Assembly: GCA_963755715.1 (NCBI GenBank)
Contig: CAVWLW010000059.1
Location: forward strand, 1-64,000
Direction of reading: 5' to 3'
DNA from: an uncultured delta proteobacterium
GTDB taxonomy: Bacteria; Desulfobacterota; Binatia; UBA9968
DNA: 64,000 nucleotides
Shown: positions 31,012 through 40,717 of the stretch, in pieces
Position numbering within the stretch: the stretch's first letter is position 1
Layout: the number at the start of each line of letters is the position of its first letter
Made by a program: the position numbers and the translations under genes
Notes under the pieces: model-generated
What the model was told of the DNA's origin: nothing
The model's input: only the letters and a program-made list of their open reading frames with translations
Database searches by the model: none

Positions 31012-31101
31012 CGGAACAAGAGTCGACTTCCAGTCGACCAATTCAGAACTCCTCGACTTAGAGCCAAGCGGTCGTTAAGTTACTTCTCAGAAACCATGCC
31101 G

Positions 31102-32098
31102 CTAATTTCCATACAACTTTTTAATGAAGCCGCTGTCCTCGATTTCTTTCAAGATCGACGGATCGATGAAGTCGCCGGGGTTGAGATTTTTCATTTGCGG
31201 GCGGGTCTTGGCGAGTTGATCGATGATGGTCTGAATGCCTTCGCGATCCGGATACGGAACTCTCCGGATCAGTCTCTGGGACATCTCCTCGTACGACGTT
31301 TGCACCAGGGACAGATCGTCGAGCCGCGTATACTTTTTCAAAACGTTTAGCGCAACGTCTTTGTTCGTTTTGAACACATAGATGCCCTCCAGATAGGCTT
31401 TCATGAAGCGAATGGTGACGTCCCGATTGGCGCGAATGAAACTCTTTCGCAGCCCCGAAACCGTGCATCGTGTAAGGTACGCCGAGCTGGCTTAAGTCCG
31501 CGAGCACGGAAGCGCCCGCCCGCATGGCAACGGTGGCAAATGGCTCCGAGAGAATCACCGCATCCACGGCCTTGTTTTGGAGCGCCATAACCTCTTCCTG
31601 CTCGCCGCCCACCTGGATAATGGCGACGTCTTTGTCGGGAACCAGACCCCAGCGACCGAGCGCATAGCGGATAGAAAAATCGCTGGCGCCGCCCAGCCGG
31701 GAAATTCCCACCTTCTTGCCTTTTAACTGCTCGGGCTTTTTCAGTTCCGGGCTCGCGATGACCTTGAACACAAAAGTGCTGAGCGTCGCCGTCAGGCCGA
31801 CGAAATCGGCGCCAGTCACGTTCGCGTTGATATTGGCCACACCACCACTCGTAATAAATTGAATCTCGCCCGCTAACGCCGCCTGAATCGCCCTTGAACT
31901 CACAGGGACAAAAAGCACGTCAACGTCCAACCCATACTTACGGGGCAGATCGAGCTCCTTCATGATGTAGACCGGATCGAATTGGATGCCGATGGAGGTG
32001 TAGGCGGCGCGGACCTTAGGCAGGTTTTGCCCCTGCGCGGCGTCGGCGAGAGCTACAATCAAAGCGAAACCAATCACCAATCTCATTACTCTCGGCAT
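31102..32098 (-). CDS. ABC-type substrate-binding protein (NMT1-like), frameshifted near 31450
   Basis: LKGKKVGISRLGG in 31121..32125; C-terminus (MKAYLEG...FIDPSIL) in 31102..31404. Confidence 0.85.
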
Positions 32099-32132
32099 GG
32101 TTGTCTCCTGTGACCTGTCACGCAATCACTTA

Positions 32133-33113
32133 TCACTGGCGGTACAGCCCGTCGATATAGCCGGACTTGTCCAGCTCGTCAATGAACCGGGTATCCACAT
32201 ATTCCTTCGCGTTGGCGGTTTTTGCCGCCGGCACTCGCTTCGCCAGATCTTCGAAGATCGTCTTGAAACCCTCGAGCGACGGATACGGTTTAACCTGGAT
32301 AAAACTTTTCAGAAGTTGGTAGGTGTCTTCCAATTCCTTTTCGTCTTTGATTTGCATGCGCTTAGAAAGCGCTCGCTTGGCGAGGGCCGGATTTGTACGC
32401 ATCAGATGAATTCCTTCGATCACGGACTTGACGGCTCGTCGCACGATGTCGGGATTTTTTGCAATAAACTTTTGCGTCGTGTTCAGACCCGTTTGCTGAA
32501 CCGGCAGATCCATCTCTTGCATGTTGACCAAAACATGCATGCCGGAAGCTACGGCTTTGAGATAGTAAGGCGGCTGAATGATCGCGCCGTCGATGATTCT
32601 GCCTGTGGATAAGGAAGCCAGGAGAACCGGCACGTCGCCGACCTGGACGTAGGAAACGTCTTTATCCGGATCGAGACCGAGTCTCCCGACCAGGAGCCGG
32701 GACATCGAATCGGTGACCGTGCCGAAGCGCGTGATGCCGAGCCGTTTTCCTTTGAGATCGGCGACGGTGCGAATCTCGGGGCGGACCACCAGCCGATAGA
32801 GCGGCTTGTTGAGAAAACTCGCGACCATCACCACGTCGACACCCTGCAATCGCGCCGACGAGAGCAGACTGCCGGAGTAGACGCACATGTCGATTTCTCC
32901 GGCGATCATCGCCGTCTGCCCAAGCGTCGTCTGTAAATAGAGTATCTGCGGGTCGATGCCGTTTTTTTGGAACAGCTTCCCTTCGTCAGTCACCCAGAGC
33001 ATTGCGTTACTGACCGTCGCGCCTGAGTAGCCGATGCGGATCTTGTCGGCGGCGACACTGGGTTGGAATGAAAGGGAGAAAATTCCAAGGAGCAGAAGTG
33101 GTATGAATATCAT
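32133..33113 (-). CDS. ABC-type substrate-binding protein (NMT1-like)
   Basis: Signal peptide; DKIRIGY and DLKGKRLGITRFG motifs. Confidence 0.9.
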   Translation of the reverse strand: MIFIPLLLLGIFSLSFQPSVAADKIRIGYSGATVSNAMLWVTDEGKLFQKNGIDPQILYLQTTLGQTAMIAGEIDMCVYSGSLLSSARLQGVDVVMVASFLNKPLYRLVVRPEIRTVADLKGKRLGITRFGTVTDSMSRLLVGRLGLDPDKDVSYVQVGDVPVLLASLSTGRIIDGAIIQPPYYLKAVASGMHVLVNMQEMDLPVQQTGLNTTQKFIAKNPDIVRRAVKSVIEGIHLMRTNPALAKRALSKRMQIKDEKELEDTYQLLKSFIQVKPYPSLEGFKTIFEDLAKRVPAAKTANAKEYVDTRFIDELDKSGYIDGLYRQ

Positions 33114-33297
33114 ATGGGTACGTCACAAACTGTGTCACCCTGAGCATCAGCGAAGGGTCTCGGCCGAGATTGTCGAACCAAAGTGAAGGATCTTTGCCTT
33201 CGGCTGCGCCTCAGGATGACACAGCTTGATCGTCAATTTGAAACGGATCAACCGTGAACGAATCTTCTCGGCAAAACGGCTTGAACGTTTTGAACTC

Positions 33298-34350
33298 TTA
33301 ATCCCGAATGACTTTCGTGACACTCCGCGTCGACCCGCCCTCGGGCGTGCTCTGGCCCCAGACGTGAATGTACTGCGACTGCGAGCCGTCGCCGCCGGCG
33401 ACGATGACGAGTATGTCCTCCGGCCTGTCGGTTACGGGAATGACGCTGTCGCGCGTCAGCTTGAGATCGGAGCGGCGCTTGACGCGCTGCTCGAAGGTCT
33501 CGTCGGGAAGATCTTTCATCCGATAGGCGGCGCGCTCCCAGATGAATTTCTGAACGTCCTTCTTGCTGAAACCATCGCCGGCGATGATCTTGGCATGCTC
33601 CGGGCAGATCACCATGATCGCTTCCGGCCCCGAGGGTCCGTCCATTTTTTGCGCGAAATTGATCAGTATGCCTTCAGCCTTCGAGCTGTCCAAATCCGAC
33701 GCGCGGATCGACGCGTCCGCGCTGATTGCGGTGACCGTGCTCTGCTCCGCTTTGAATCCGCGTTCGACGTGGAGCGGCTCCCACGGGCTCCCCTCCTCAT
33801 TTTCGCCGACGCAGATGGAATATTTCCCGGGCCAACCTAAAGTCGCTTTGCAGGTCGTGCCGGGATAGGAGCCGCCGATATTGCGTTTCACCAGTTGCAC
33901 GAAGCGACCGATGGTCGCATTGGCGCGCCATCCCTCGCCCAAGGCATTGGGGCCGCCGTTGATGTCTAGTTTTTTACGGATCGGGCCATTAATGATGATC
34001 ATCACCGCCGGCCCGCCGGTGGTCGCTTGCAGCGCATAAAGATTAAGCTTCGGATCCGTAATGGCTTCCACGGCCGCGATCAGCACCGGCATGTACTCCG
34101 GCTTGCACCCCGCCATGACGCCGTTGATGGCGATCTTCTCCACCGTCGCCTGTGCCCAGCGCGGCGGCACCGCGCCGATCACTTCGTCGGGCTTGCGCTT
34201 GGCCGCCGCGAGCATCTGCGCCACCCGTTCTTCCGTCGGTGGAATGATCGGCAACCCATCGCCCCAGCCTTTCTCTTCGAAAAAGGCCTGCGCTGCCCAG
34301 ATGTCATCGGGGATTTCGAATCGCTCCGCTTGAAGTGCTGTAGTTGCCAT
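33298..34350 (-). CDS. uncharacterised protein with GDGLPIIPPT / MAGC motifs (UGSC-associated)
   Basis: GWGDGLPIIPPTEERV, TVEKIAINGVMAGCKPEY, RANATIGR, ENEEGSPW and LHVERGF; GGAG RBS before ATG 34350. Confidence 0.85.
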   Translation of the reverse strand: MATTALQAERFEIPDDIWAAQAFFEEKGWGDGLPIIPPTEERVAQMLAAAKRKPDEVIGAVPPRWAQATVEKIAINGVMAGCKPEYMPVLIAAVEAITDPKLNLYALQATTGGPAVMIIINGPIRKKLDINGGPNALGEGWRANATIGRFVQLVKRNIGGSYPGTTCKATLGWPGKYSICVGENEEGSPWEPLHVERGFKAEQSTVTAISADASIRASDLDSSKAEGILINFAQKMDGPSGPEAIMVICPEHAKIIAGDGFSKKDVQKFIWERAAYRMKDLPDETFEQRVKRRSDLKLTRDSVIPVTDRPEDILVIVAGGDGSQSQYIHVWGQSTPEGGSTRSVTKVIRD

Positions 34351-34668
34351 TGCTGTACTTCTCCAATCAGATGCGTTCAAAGGTGATTACACCCCGCTTA
34401 CTTGAACGCGCCACAAGAATTACTTCTTCGCCCTCCTTGGAGGGAGAGGAAAAAGGTGAGGGTAGTTAACGGATACCCTGACGTCGCCCGCAAGGGACGC
34501 GACTTGATGTCATTCTGAGCCGAAGGCGAAGAATCTCGTCTTCGCAACGAGCTGAAAATGCGAGATGCTTCGCGTCGCTCAGCATGACATCCATATAATC
34601 GTGCGCACTGCGACATTCGGCGGTGAAGAGTGTAACCGACGTGCCGCTAAATCGTTGCAAACTAATTT

Positions 34669-35220
34669 TCAAGCAACAGCGGACTTCTTTTGTCGCGGAT
34701 CGAGCAGAATCTCGATCAGCTTACTGAACGCCGCGTCGGCTTTTTTGTTCACTTCTTCGATCTTCACCGTTCCGATCGGATGCTGCACGACCAGTACGGG
34801 ATGATCGGGCGCACCGAATGCCTCTTTCTCAGATTTCGCCAACGCGTCGAAGGCATTGGTAATCAACGTGATCGCAAAGCGGCCGCGCTTTTGAATCTCG
34901 ATTGAGTCGTGGACACTCCACGACGTGCACGACCCTCAATCGCCAAGCCCGCTGATAACGAAATCAGTCTGCGCCGCCAGTTCGTCGAGATATTCTTTGG
35001 GCGCGCCCTGCTGGGCCGTGAGCTTCCGGCGGCTAATCACTTTGGCGACGCCGTATTTTTCCTTGAGCTGTTCAGCGAAGCGCTCGGCCAGCTTGTCCAT
35101 GTTGGGCTTGCTATTATCGAGCAGGCCCAACACCTTGCCGCGCAGGTCCGCGAACTGCGGCAAGCTCGCGACTTTCGCCGCCGAGGATTGCGCCTTTCCT
35201 TCCGGACTGAGAACAATCAT
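34669..35220 (-). CDS. UGSC-type selenoprotein (183 aa; Sec at codon 95, TGA at 34936-34938)
   Basis: GGAGG RBS before ATG 35220. ORFs 34936.. and 34669..34866 are in frame; read-through gives VISGLGD-U-GSCTSWSVHDSIEIQKRGRFAITL...QHPIG. Confidence 0.9.
34906..34924 (-). promoter_or_regulatory. putative bacterial SECIS hairpin
   Basis: Identical 19-mer to 17186..17204, again 11 nt after UGA. Confidence 0.8.
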
Positions 35221-35240
35221 CTCATGACCTCCTGAAATTC

Positions 35241-35302
35241 GTAGGGGCAACCCCCTGTGGTTGCCCGTTCGACCCAGGGCAGGCACAGGGGCCTGCCCCT
35301 AC
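35241..35302. repeat. GTAG-type REP doublet (related single at 13275-13301)
   Basis: GTAGGGGCAACC...GGTTGCCC / GGGCAGGC...GCCTGCCCCTAC. Confidence 0.8.
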
Positions 35303-35350
35303 GCTGATAGATTGAAAAATCCAAATTGAACTACGACCGAACAACATATT

Positions 35351-36445
35351 CTATAATCCGTAAAACGCCTTGGGGTTGTCGTAGAGAATTTTTTGCACGG
35401 CCGATTGTGGAATATCACCCTTGTCCGCCCGAGCTTGAAGTTCCTTGCGGAATTCGAGCTCCATCGAAGGATCGCGGTGCGTGTAGTCCGAGCCCACCAT
35501 CAAGTTGTTTTCGCCGACAGTTTTAATGATATACGGAAGATCTTCGTCGACCTGGCAAGTAATATAGATGCGATTCTCCTCGAACACATTGACTGGCACC
35601 TCGATGAGCGGGACTCCGAGCACGCTGGTGCTCTCGCGTCCCTGCTGGCGCAATTGCTGGCGACGCAGATCGTAGGCAACGAACGGCGCCCACATCGAAC
35701 CTGCCTCGATGCAGCCGAACCGAAGCTTTGGAAACTTTGCCGGAATTCTATGAAGAATAAGCCCGAGCACGCCGTTGATCGCCGCGCCCTTCGTGCGCAT
35801 GAATTGGCCGTGGGAGAATTCCCGCGCCGGTGAGAAATCCGGCACGCCGGAGCCGGTGTGAATGCAGATCGGCAGATCGAGCTTCTCCGCTTCCGCGTAC
35901 AGTGGCTCGAAGTAAGGATCGGCCGGATACTTACCCGCTTCGCGATCGCCTTTTTTCAAGATGCCACAGGCGCCATGGTCTTTTGACCAGCGGATCTCCG
36001 CCAGAGACTCGTCCATATTCTGCAGCGGCGGCATGCAAACCCAGCGCAGTCGTCCACCCGATTGGCCGCAACGGTCGCCCAACCAGCGGTTATAACTCCG
36101 GCGCATTGCCGCGTTGATCTCAGGCTTTTCCGTCGCCTCCATCAAGAAAAGCGTGGGATAAATCACCTGGGTGTCCGTGCCGAGCTCATCCATGTGCTTG
36201 AGCCGTTTTTTCACATCGAGCAGCTCGCGCGTCTCCACGGTCGTGCCCGAATCTTTATCGCTGCGAATGAAACGAATCTGGCGCTTGCCATCGATCACCC
36301 AGTAGCGCGCCGGCGGTAATTTAGGATCCGGATTGGACGGGTAAGCGGTCGTTGGCTTGTACGACGAATCGCCGCCAGCCATGTATTCCCACGTAGCATC
36401 CGTTTCATCTATGTGTGTATCGGCGTCAATAATTCCCACGATCAT
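35351..36445 (-). CDS. amidohydrolase_2 family protein
   Basis: IIDADTH, YPTLFL, CIHTG, IEAG and GSDYTH motifs. Confidence 0.92.
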   Translation of the reverse strand: MIVGIIDADTHIDETDATWEYMAGGDSSYKPTTAYPSNPDPKLPPARYWVIDGKRQIRFIRSDKDSGTTVETRELLDVKKRLKHMDELGTDTQVIYPTLFLMEATEKPEINAAMRRSYNRWLGDRCGQSGGRLRWVCMPPLQNMDESLAEIRWSKDHGACGILKKGDREAGKYPADPYFEPLYAEAEKLDLPICIHTGSGVPDFSPAREFSHGQFMRTKGAAINGVLGLILHRIPAKFPKLRFGCIEAGSMWAPFVAYDLRRQQLRQQGRESTSVLGVPLIEVPVNVFEENRIYITCQVDEDLPYIIKTVGENNLMVGSDYTHRDPSMELEFRKELQARADKGDIPQSAVQKILYDNPKAFYGL

Positions 36446-36809
36446 GCTCTCCTTAATTTTTTCGAGGTCTTTTTGATTCTTAATACGCTTCGCCGGATTT
36501 TAAAAGAGCACGGTCAGGGCGCAGCATGCCGGCTCATGCATTTCACGTGTTTACGGTTAGGCGGCCATTAGCTTAGCTCGAATGGCTTTCGCCTTTTCAT
36601 TTTACTATGGAGACCCCTTATCACCCTCTTACATAGTATAAACGGCTCGGTCGGGTCAAAAACTCGTCAAAATTGCCGCCCGGTTTGGAAACGCTTGAAC
36701 CGGCTTGTCGAGCAATGGCGTAACGTTGACACAACTCTTAAGGCAGTGTTAAGCCAAACCAAGCTCAGTATGCCAAGAGCGCCCGCTATTTTTATTTAGG
36801 AGGATTGAA

Positions 36810-37853
36810 ATGATGAACGGCGTATCGGTGATCGACGCCGACGGCCATGTTTTGGAAACCGATGCGGAGCTGGAACAATACTTCGAAGGCTCCTACAAAG
36901 GCCACAAACGCTCCGGTGTATTTTCCATCTTCCCCTCTCTCGACGGCTGGCCGCGCGGTTTCGTCCGCGGCTTGGAAAAAATTAACCGCACTGGGGCGGA
37001 TAACTGGATCCAATTCATCGAAGGATCGAAGATCGATGCCGCCGTGCTCTACCCCACCGCCGGCCTTTCTCTCGGCTTGATCCAGGATCCCGATTGGGCC
37101 TGCGTCGTCGCCCGGACGTATAATAATTGGCTGCATGACCGTTACTGCAAAGTCGATCCTCGTTTAAAAGGTGTGGCGCTCTTGCCCGTACACGATCCCC
37201 AGGAAGCGGCGATGGAACTGCGCCATGCCGTCAAAGAGCAAGGCATGGTCGCCGGCCTTTTGCCCGCCGTCACGATGCTCAACAAAGGCTACGGCCACCG
37301 GGACTTTCATCCGATCTACAAAGAAGCGCAGGAGCTAAACGTGCCGCTGACGGTGCATGGCGCCGTCAGTCGCGGCTTGGGCTTCGATTTTCTGCAGACC
37401 ATGTCGATGATCCACACCCTCGAGCATCCAATCGCGCAGATGATCCAACTCACCAGCATCGTCCTCGACGGTGTCTTCGATTTGTTCCCGAAATTGCGCA
37501 TCGGCTTCTTGGAAGCCGGCGCCGGCTGGATTCCCTACATGATGGATCGGCTGGACGAGAAGTTTCACATCGACCGCAAGCGCAAACATTTTCCGCTGAG
37601 CAAGCGGCCGAGCGAGTATTTCAAGAGCGGCAACATCTACGTCACCTGCGAGACCGACGAGAAAATTCTCGACGTCGTCGTCCGCGAAATGGGTGAAGAT
37701 TATCTCATGTACCCGACGGACTTTCCCCACGAACGCCAAGCCGGAGAGTTCGCCGTCGATATTCCGGAATTTTGGGAACGAAAAGATTTGGCCGAAAGGG
37801 TCAAGCGAAAAATTCTCAGTGAGAATGCGAAGCGATTTTATAACATGGCGTAG
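36810..37853 (+). CDS. amidohydrolase_2 family protein
   Basis: IDADGH, YNNW, TVHG, LEAG and PTDFPH motifs; GGAGG RBS. Confidence 0.92.
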   Translation: MMNGVSVIDADGHVLETDAELEQYFEGSYKGHKRSGVFSIFPSLDGWPRGFVRGLEKINRTGADNWIQFIEGSKIDAAVLYPTAGLSLGLIQDPDWACVVARTYNNWLHDRYCKVDPRLKGVALLPVHDPQEAAMELRHAVKEQGMVAGLLPAVTMLNKGYGHRDFHPIYKEAQELNVPLTVHGAVSRGLGFDFLQTMSMIHTLEHPIAQMIQLTSIVLDGVFDLFPKLRIGFLEAGAGWIPYMMDRLDEKFHIDRKRKHFPLSKRPSEYFKSGNIYVTCETDEKILDVVVREMGEDYLMYPTDFPHERQAGEFAVDIPEFWERKDLAERVKRKILSENAKRFYNMA

Positions 37854-38157
37854 TATGGCCGCTCCGAAGTTCGTTTAAAAAGTCCAAACGATGGCAACAG
37901 CTGAAGTCGAACTCAAATCCCCCTTTGTCCCCCTTTTTCAAAGGGGGAATTTTCTCCATTCGATTCTCACCCCTCTTTGCCAAAGAGGGGAAGGGGAGAT
38001 TTCGAACAGAATGACGCTGGAATTATATAGCGAACTTCTAGGACAAAACCCGCCGTTCACCCTTCGAGAGCCTCAGGGCCGATACGATCCGGAGTTTGAA
38101 AAGACTGAGGATCTTCCGGTCATGCTGACCCTGTCAAAGCATGCCGAACCTTTTTTA

Positions 38158-39150
38158 TCAGAATCTCTTGAGCACCCCGCTCTCCTCCAAACGCCGCGAC
38201 AGACTCACATCGATGAACTGCTCCGGCTTTGCCGCCGCCGCTTTAGGATTCGATGCCGCTAAGATATCCAGGATCGTTTTCACACCGCTAGCGGTCGGCC
38301 GCATATTGGGGCTGTGCACTTCTTTATTGTCCGCATAAGTATTCTCTAGAATCTTTCGATCGCTGACTTTTGTATACTTGGCCATAATCCGCATCGCGCG
38401 CTCTTTGTCCGTTCTGAAAATGTGCACGCCTTCGGCGACCGAGTTGAACACCCGTTGTGCCTTGTCCGTCGAATCGCGCACGAACGATCGACGGGTGGCC
38501 AAGACGAACGATGGATACTCCACGCCGGCGCCGTTCCAGATGCGTTTAAAGCCGAGAGCTTCGGCCCGATAAGTCGCCGGCGGCGCGAGCATGGCCGCTT
38601 GAACCCGCCCGGCTTGCATCGCCGCTACCGACTCGGGATAGCCGCCGGACTGTATCAATGGCACGTCCTTCACCGCCTCCATGTTGTACTGAGCAAAACA
38701 CACCTTCGCCATATACGCGGTGCTCGAAGCCAAGCGGGTCACGGCCACAGTCTTGCCTTTGAGATCTTCGACCCTGGCGATCCCTGGGACGACATAAAGA
38801 CTGATCGGCGTCGTATTGGAAATAAACCCAGCGAGGGTAAGATCCGCGCCGCCAAGAATACCGCTCACGATCGGATCGGCGCCGCCATAAATGAAATCGA
38901 TTTCTCCCGCGATCAGCGCGCTGACCGCCACCGAAGAGCCGCCGATGTAGACGAGATCGGCGTCGATCTGATTTTTCTGATACAGTCGCTCATCAGTGGC
39001 AATCCATACGGGCGTAAAGATACCGCTGATGGAACTATAAGCCGCGCGGATTTTGTTTTGCGCTGGAGCGGAACTGTGAAGACTCAGGATAGAAAGCGTG
39101 ACCAGCAGGAATCGGCCGGCCACCGCTATGAAATCAACGGAGAACCCCAT
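38158..39150 (-). CDS. ABC-type substrate-binding protein (NMT1-like)
   Basis: Signal peptide; EDLKGKTVAVTR motif. Confidence 0.88.
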   Translation of the reverse strand: MGFSVDFIAVAGRFLLVTLSILSLHSSAPAQNKIRAAYSSISGIFTPVWIATDERLYQKNQIDADLVYIGGSSVAVSALIAGEIDFIYGGADPIVSGILGGADLTLAGFISNTTPISLYVVPGIARVEDLKGKTVAVTRLASSTAYMAKVCFAQYNMEAVKDVPLIQSGGYPESVAAMQAGRVQAAMLAPPATYRAEALGFKRIWNGAGVEYPSFVLATRRSFVRDSTDKAQRVFNSVAEGVHIFRTDKERAMRIMAKYTKVSDRKILENTYADNKEVHSPNMRPTASGVKTILDILAASNPKAAAAKPEQFIDVSLSRRLEESGVLKRF

Positions 39151-39182
39151 CAGGATGCAACCTCATACGAATATTTCTCGCG

Positions 39183-39211
39183 ATCATAAGAGAGCCCTAG
39201 GACGCTGTCAA
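39183..39211 (-). promoter_or_regulatory. sigma-70-type promoter for 38158..39150
   Basis: TTGACA-17 nt-TATGAT on the minus strand. Confidence 0.65.
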
Positions 39212-39306
39212 TCAAGCCCCTCTTTTGACAAACGATCGATCGCAAGGCGCTTGACGTAACGCTTGATTGCTCGCTAAATTCCCAGAGCGGCATGAAGGAG
39301 ACTAAT

Positions 39307-40671
39307 ATGACCGGAATCATCGACGCGGACACTCACATTGCAGAATCGGAGGGCATGTGGCGACTATTCGACCAGGATATGTATCGTCGCCGGCCGGTCA
39401 TGGTCGCCGCGCCGGATGACACGCTGTACCGGGATTTCAATGTTCTGTGGCTCATCGACGGCAACATCTTTCCCAAAGCCGCAGGCAAAGGCGGATTTCG
39501 TATTATCACGCCGACAGCTTCGAAACGCGAAGCCGGAAGAACAGACATCAGCCTCGGTTGCCGTGAAATTACCGACGTCGATGCGCGCTTGGCCGACATG
39601 GACAAGGCTGGAGTCGCCGTCCAGGTGATTTATCCGACGTTGTTTTTAATTCACGTCACCGACGACGTTGAATTGCAGGTTGCGCTATGCGCCGCTTATA
39701 ACCAATACCTGGCGCAGGTGTTTGCCAAGTCACGCGCGCGGCTTCGTTGGGTTGCCGTCCTGCCGCTGCACAGCGTTGATGAATCCATCAAGCAGATGCA
39801 CGAGGCCAAACTGAACGGCGCCGTAGGAATATTTTTCAGCGGCATCGTCGGCGCTCTCACTCTGAACAATCCGCACTTTTTTCCGATCTACGCCGAAGCC
39901 GAAAAGCTCGGCCTGCCGGTCTGTGTCCACACCGGTCAGAGTTGCCGCCATTTACTGGATTTCTTCGATCTCGAATTGAACGGAACTTTCGCGGCGTCGC
40001 ATCTGCCGCCGCTCATCGGTTTTCGCGATCTCGTGGCCAGCGAGATTCCCGAAAAATTTCCCGGCTTGAAATTCGGCTTTCTCGAGGTCTCCGCCAGTTG
40101 GGTGCCGTTCTTGTATCATCACTTAAAGCGCTCGGCGCGCCCGCGCCCGTCCTTTCCCACCGCGCGCTGGAAACATGCGTCGTGCAAAGACCTGTTCCGC
40201 GATTATCGAATCTACATTGCCTGTGAAGCCGACGAAGACATCCCCTACCTGGCAGAATACGTCGGCGAGGACCACCTGATGATCGGCTCGGACTATGGCC
40301 ACAACGATCCCGCAGAAGAAAAGGCCCTGGTCGAGACGATGAAAGCGCGAGAGGATCTTTCAGCTGCTCTGTTAGAAAAAATTCTGGTGCAAAATCCTAA
40401 GCATTACTTGGGCGCGCCTATTCGATCTAGTGATCTGGATCCGAAGTTCGGTGAATATCTCATACGCCTCTTCTCCGTCATACCGGCGAAAGCCGGTATC
40501 CAGACGTATTTGAATTTCCTGGATTCCGGGTCGCGGCCCCGCTTGCCCGGAATGACGATCGACGTTCGACTTGTTAAAGAACATCAGTGTTCTGTCCCAG
40601 AAGCTGACTTTGTAATTCCCGGATCGTTCCGTCCGAAAAATCTCCCCTTCCCCTCTTGGAAAGAGGGGTAA
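39307..40671 (+). CDS. amidohydrolase_2 family protein; homologous part ends near 40430, ORF then runs on through repeats
   Basis: AAGGAG RBS; IDADTH...GSDYGHND...KILVQNPK. The tail translates REP DNA (SVIPAKAGIQ). Confidence 0.85.
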   Translation: MTGIIDADTHIAESEGMWRLFDQDMYRRRPVMVAAPDDTLYRDFNVLWLIDGNIFPKAAGKGGFRIITPTASKREAGRTDISLGCREITDVDARLADMDKAGVAVQVIYPTLFLIHVTDDVELQVALCAAYNQYLAQVFAKSRARLRWVAVLPLHSVDESIKQMHEAKLNGAVGIFFSGIVGALTLNNPHFFPIYAEAEKLGLPVCVHTGQSCRHLLDFFDLELNGTFAASHLPPLIGFRDLVASEIPEKFPGLKFGFLEVSASWVPFLYHHLKRSARPRPSFPTARWKHASCKDLFRDYRIYIACEADEDIPYLAEYVGEDHLMIGSDYGHNDPAEEKALVETMKAREDLSAALLEKILVQNPKHYLGAPIRSSDLDPKFGEYLIRLFSVIPAKAGIQTYLNFLDSGSRPRLPGMTIDVRLVKEHQCSVPEADFVIPGSFRPKNLPFPSWKEG

Positions 40672-40717
40672 GAATCGCACTGAGAAAAATCCCCCTTTCA
40701 AACTTCGAGACGCCACA

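Noticed and set aside
37891-38262. 123-aa ORF
   Set aside because: Composed of palindromic repeats plus the antisense end of an SBP gene.
40431-40671. C-terminal extension of the amidohydrolase as a new domain
   Set aside because: It translates REP DNA after a disturbed stop region.
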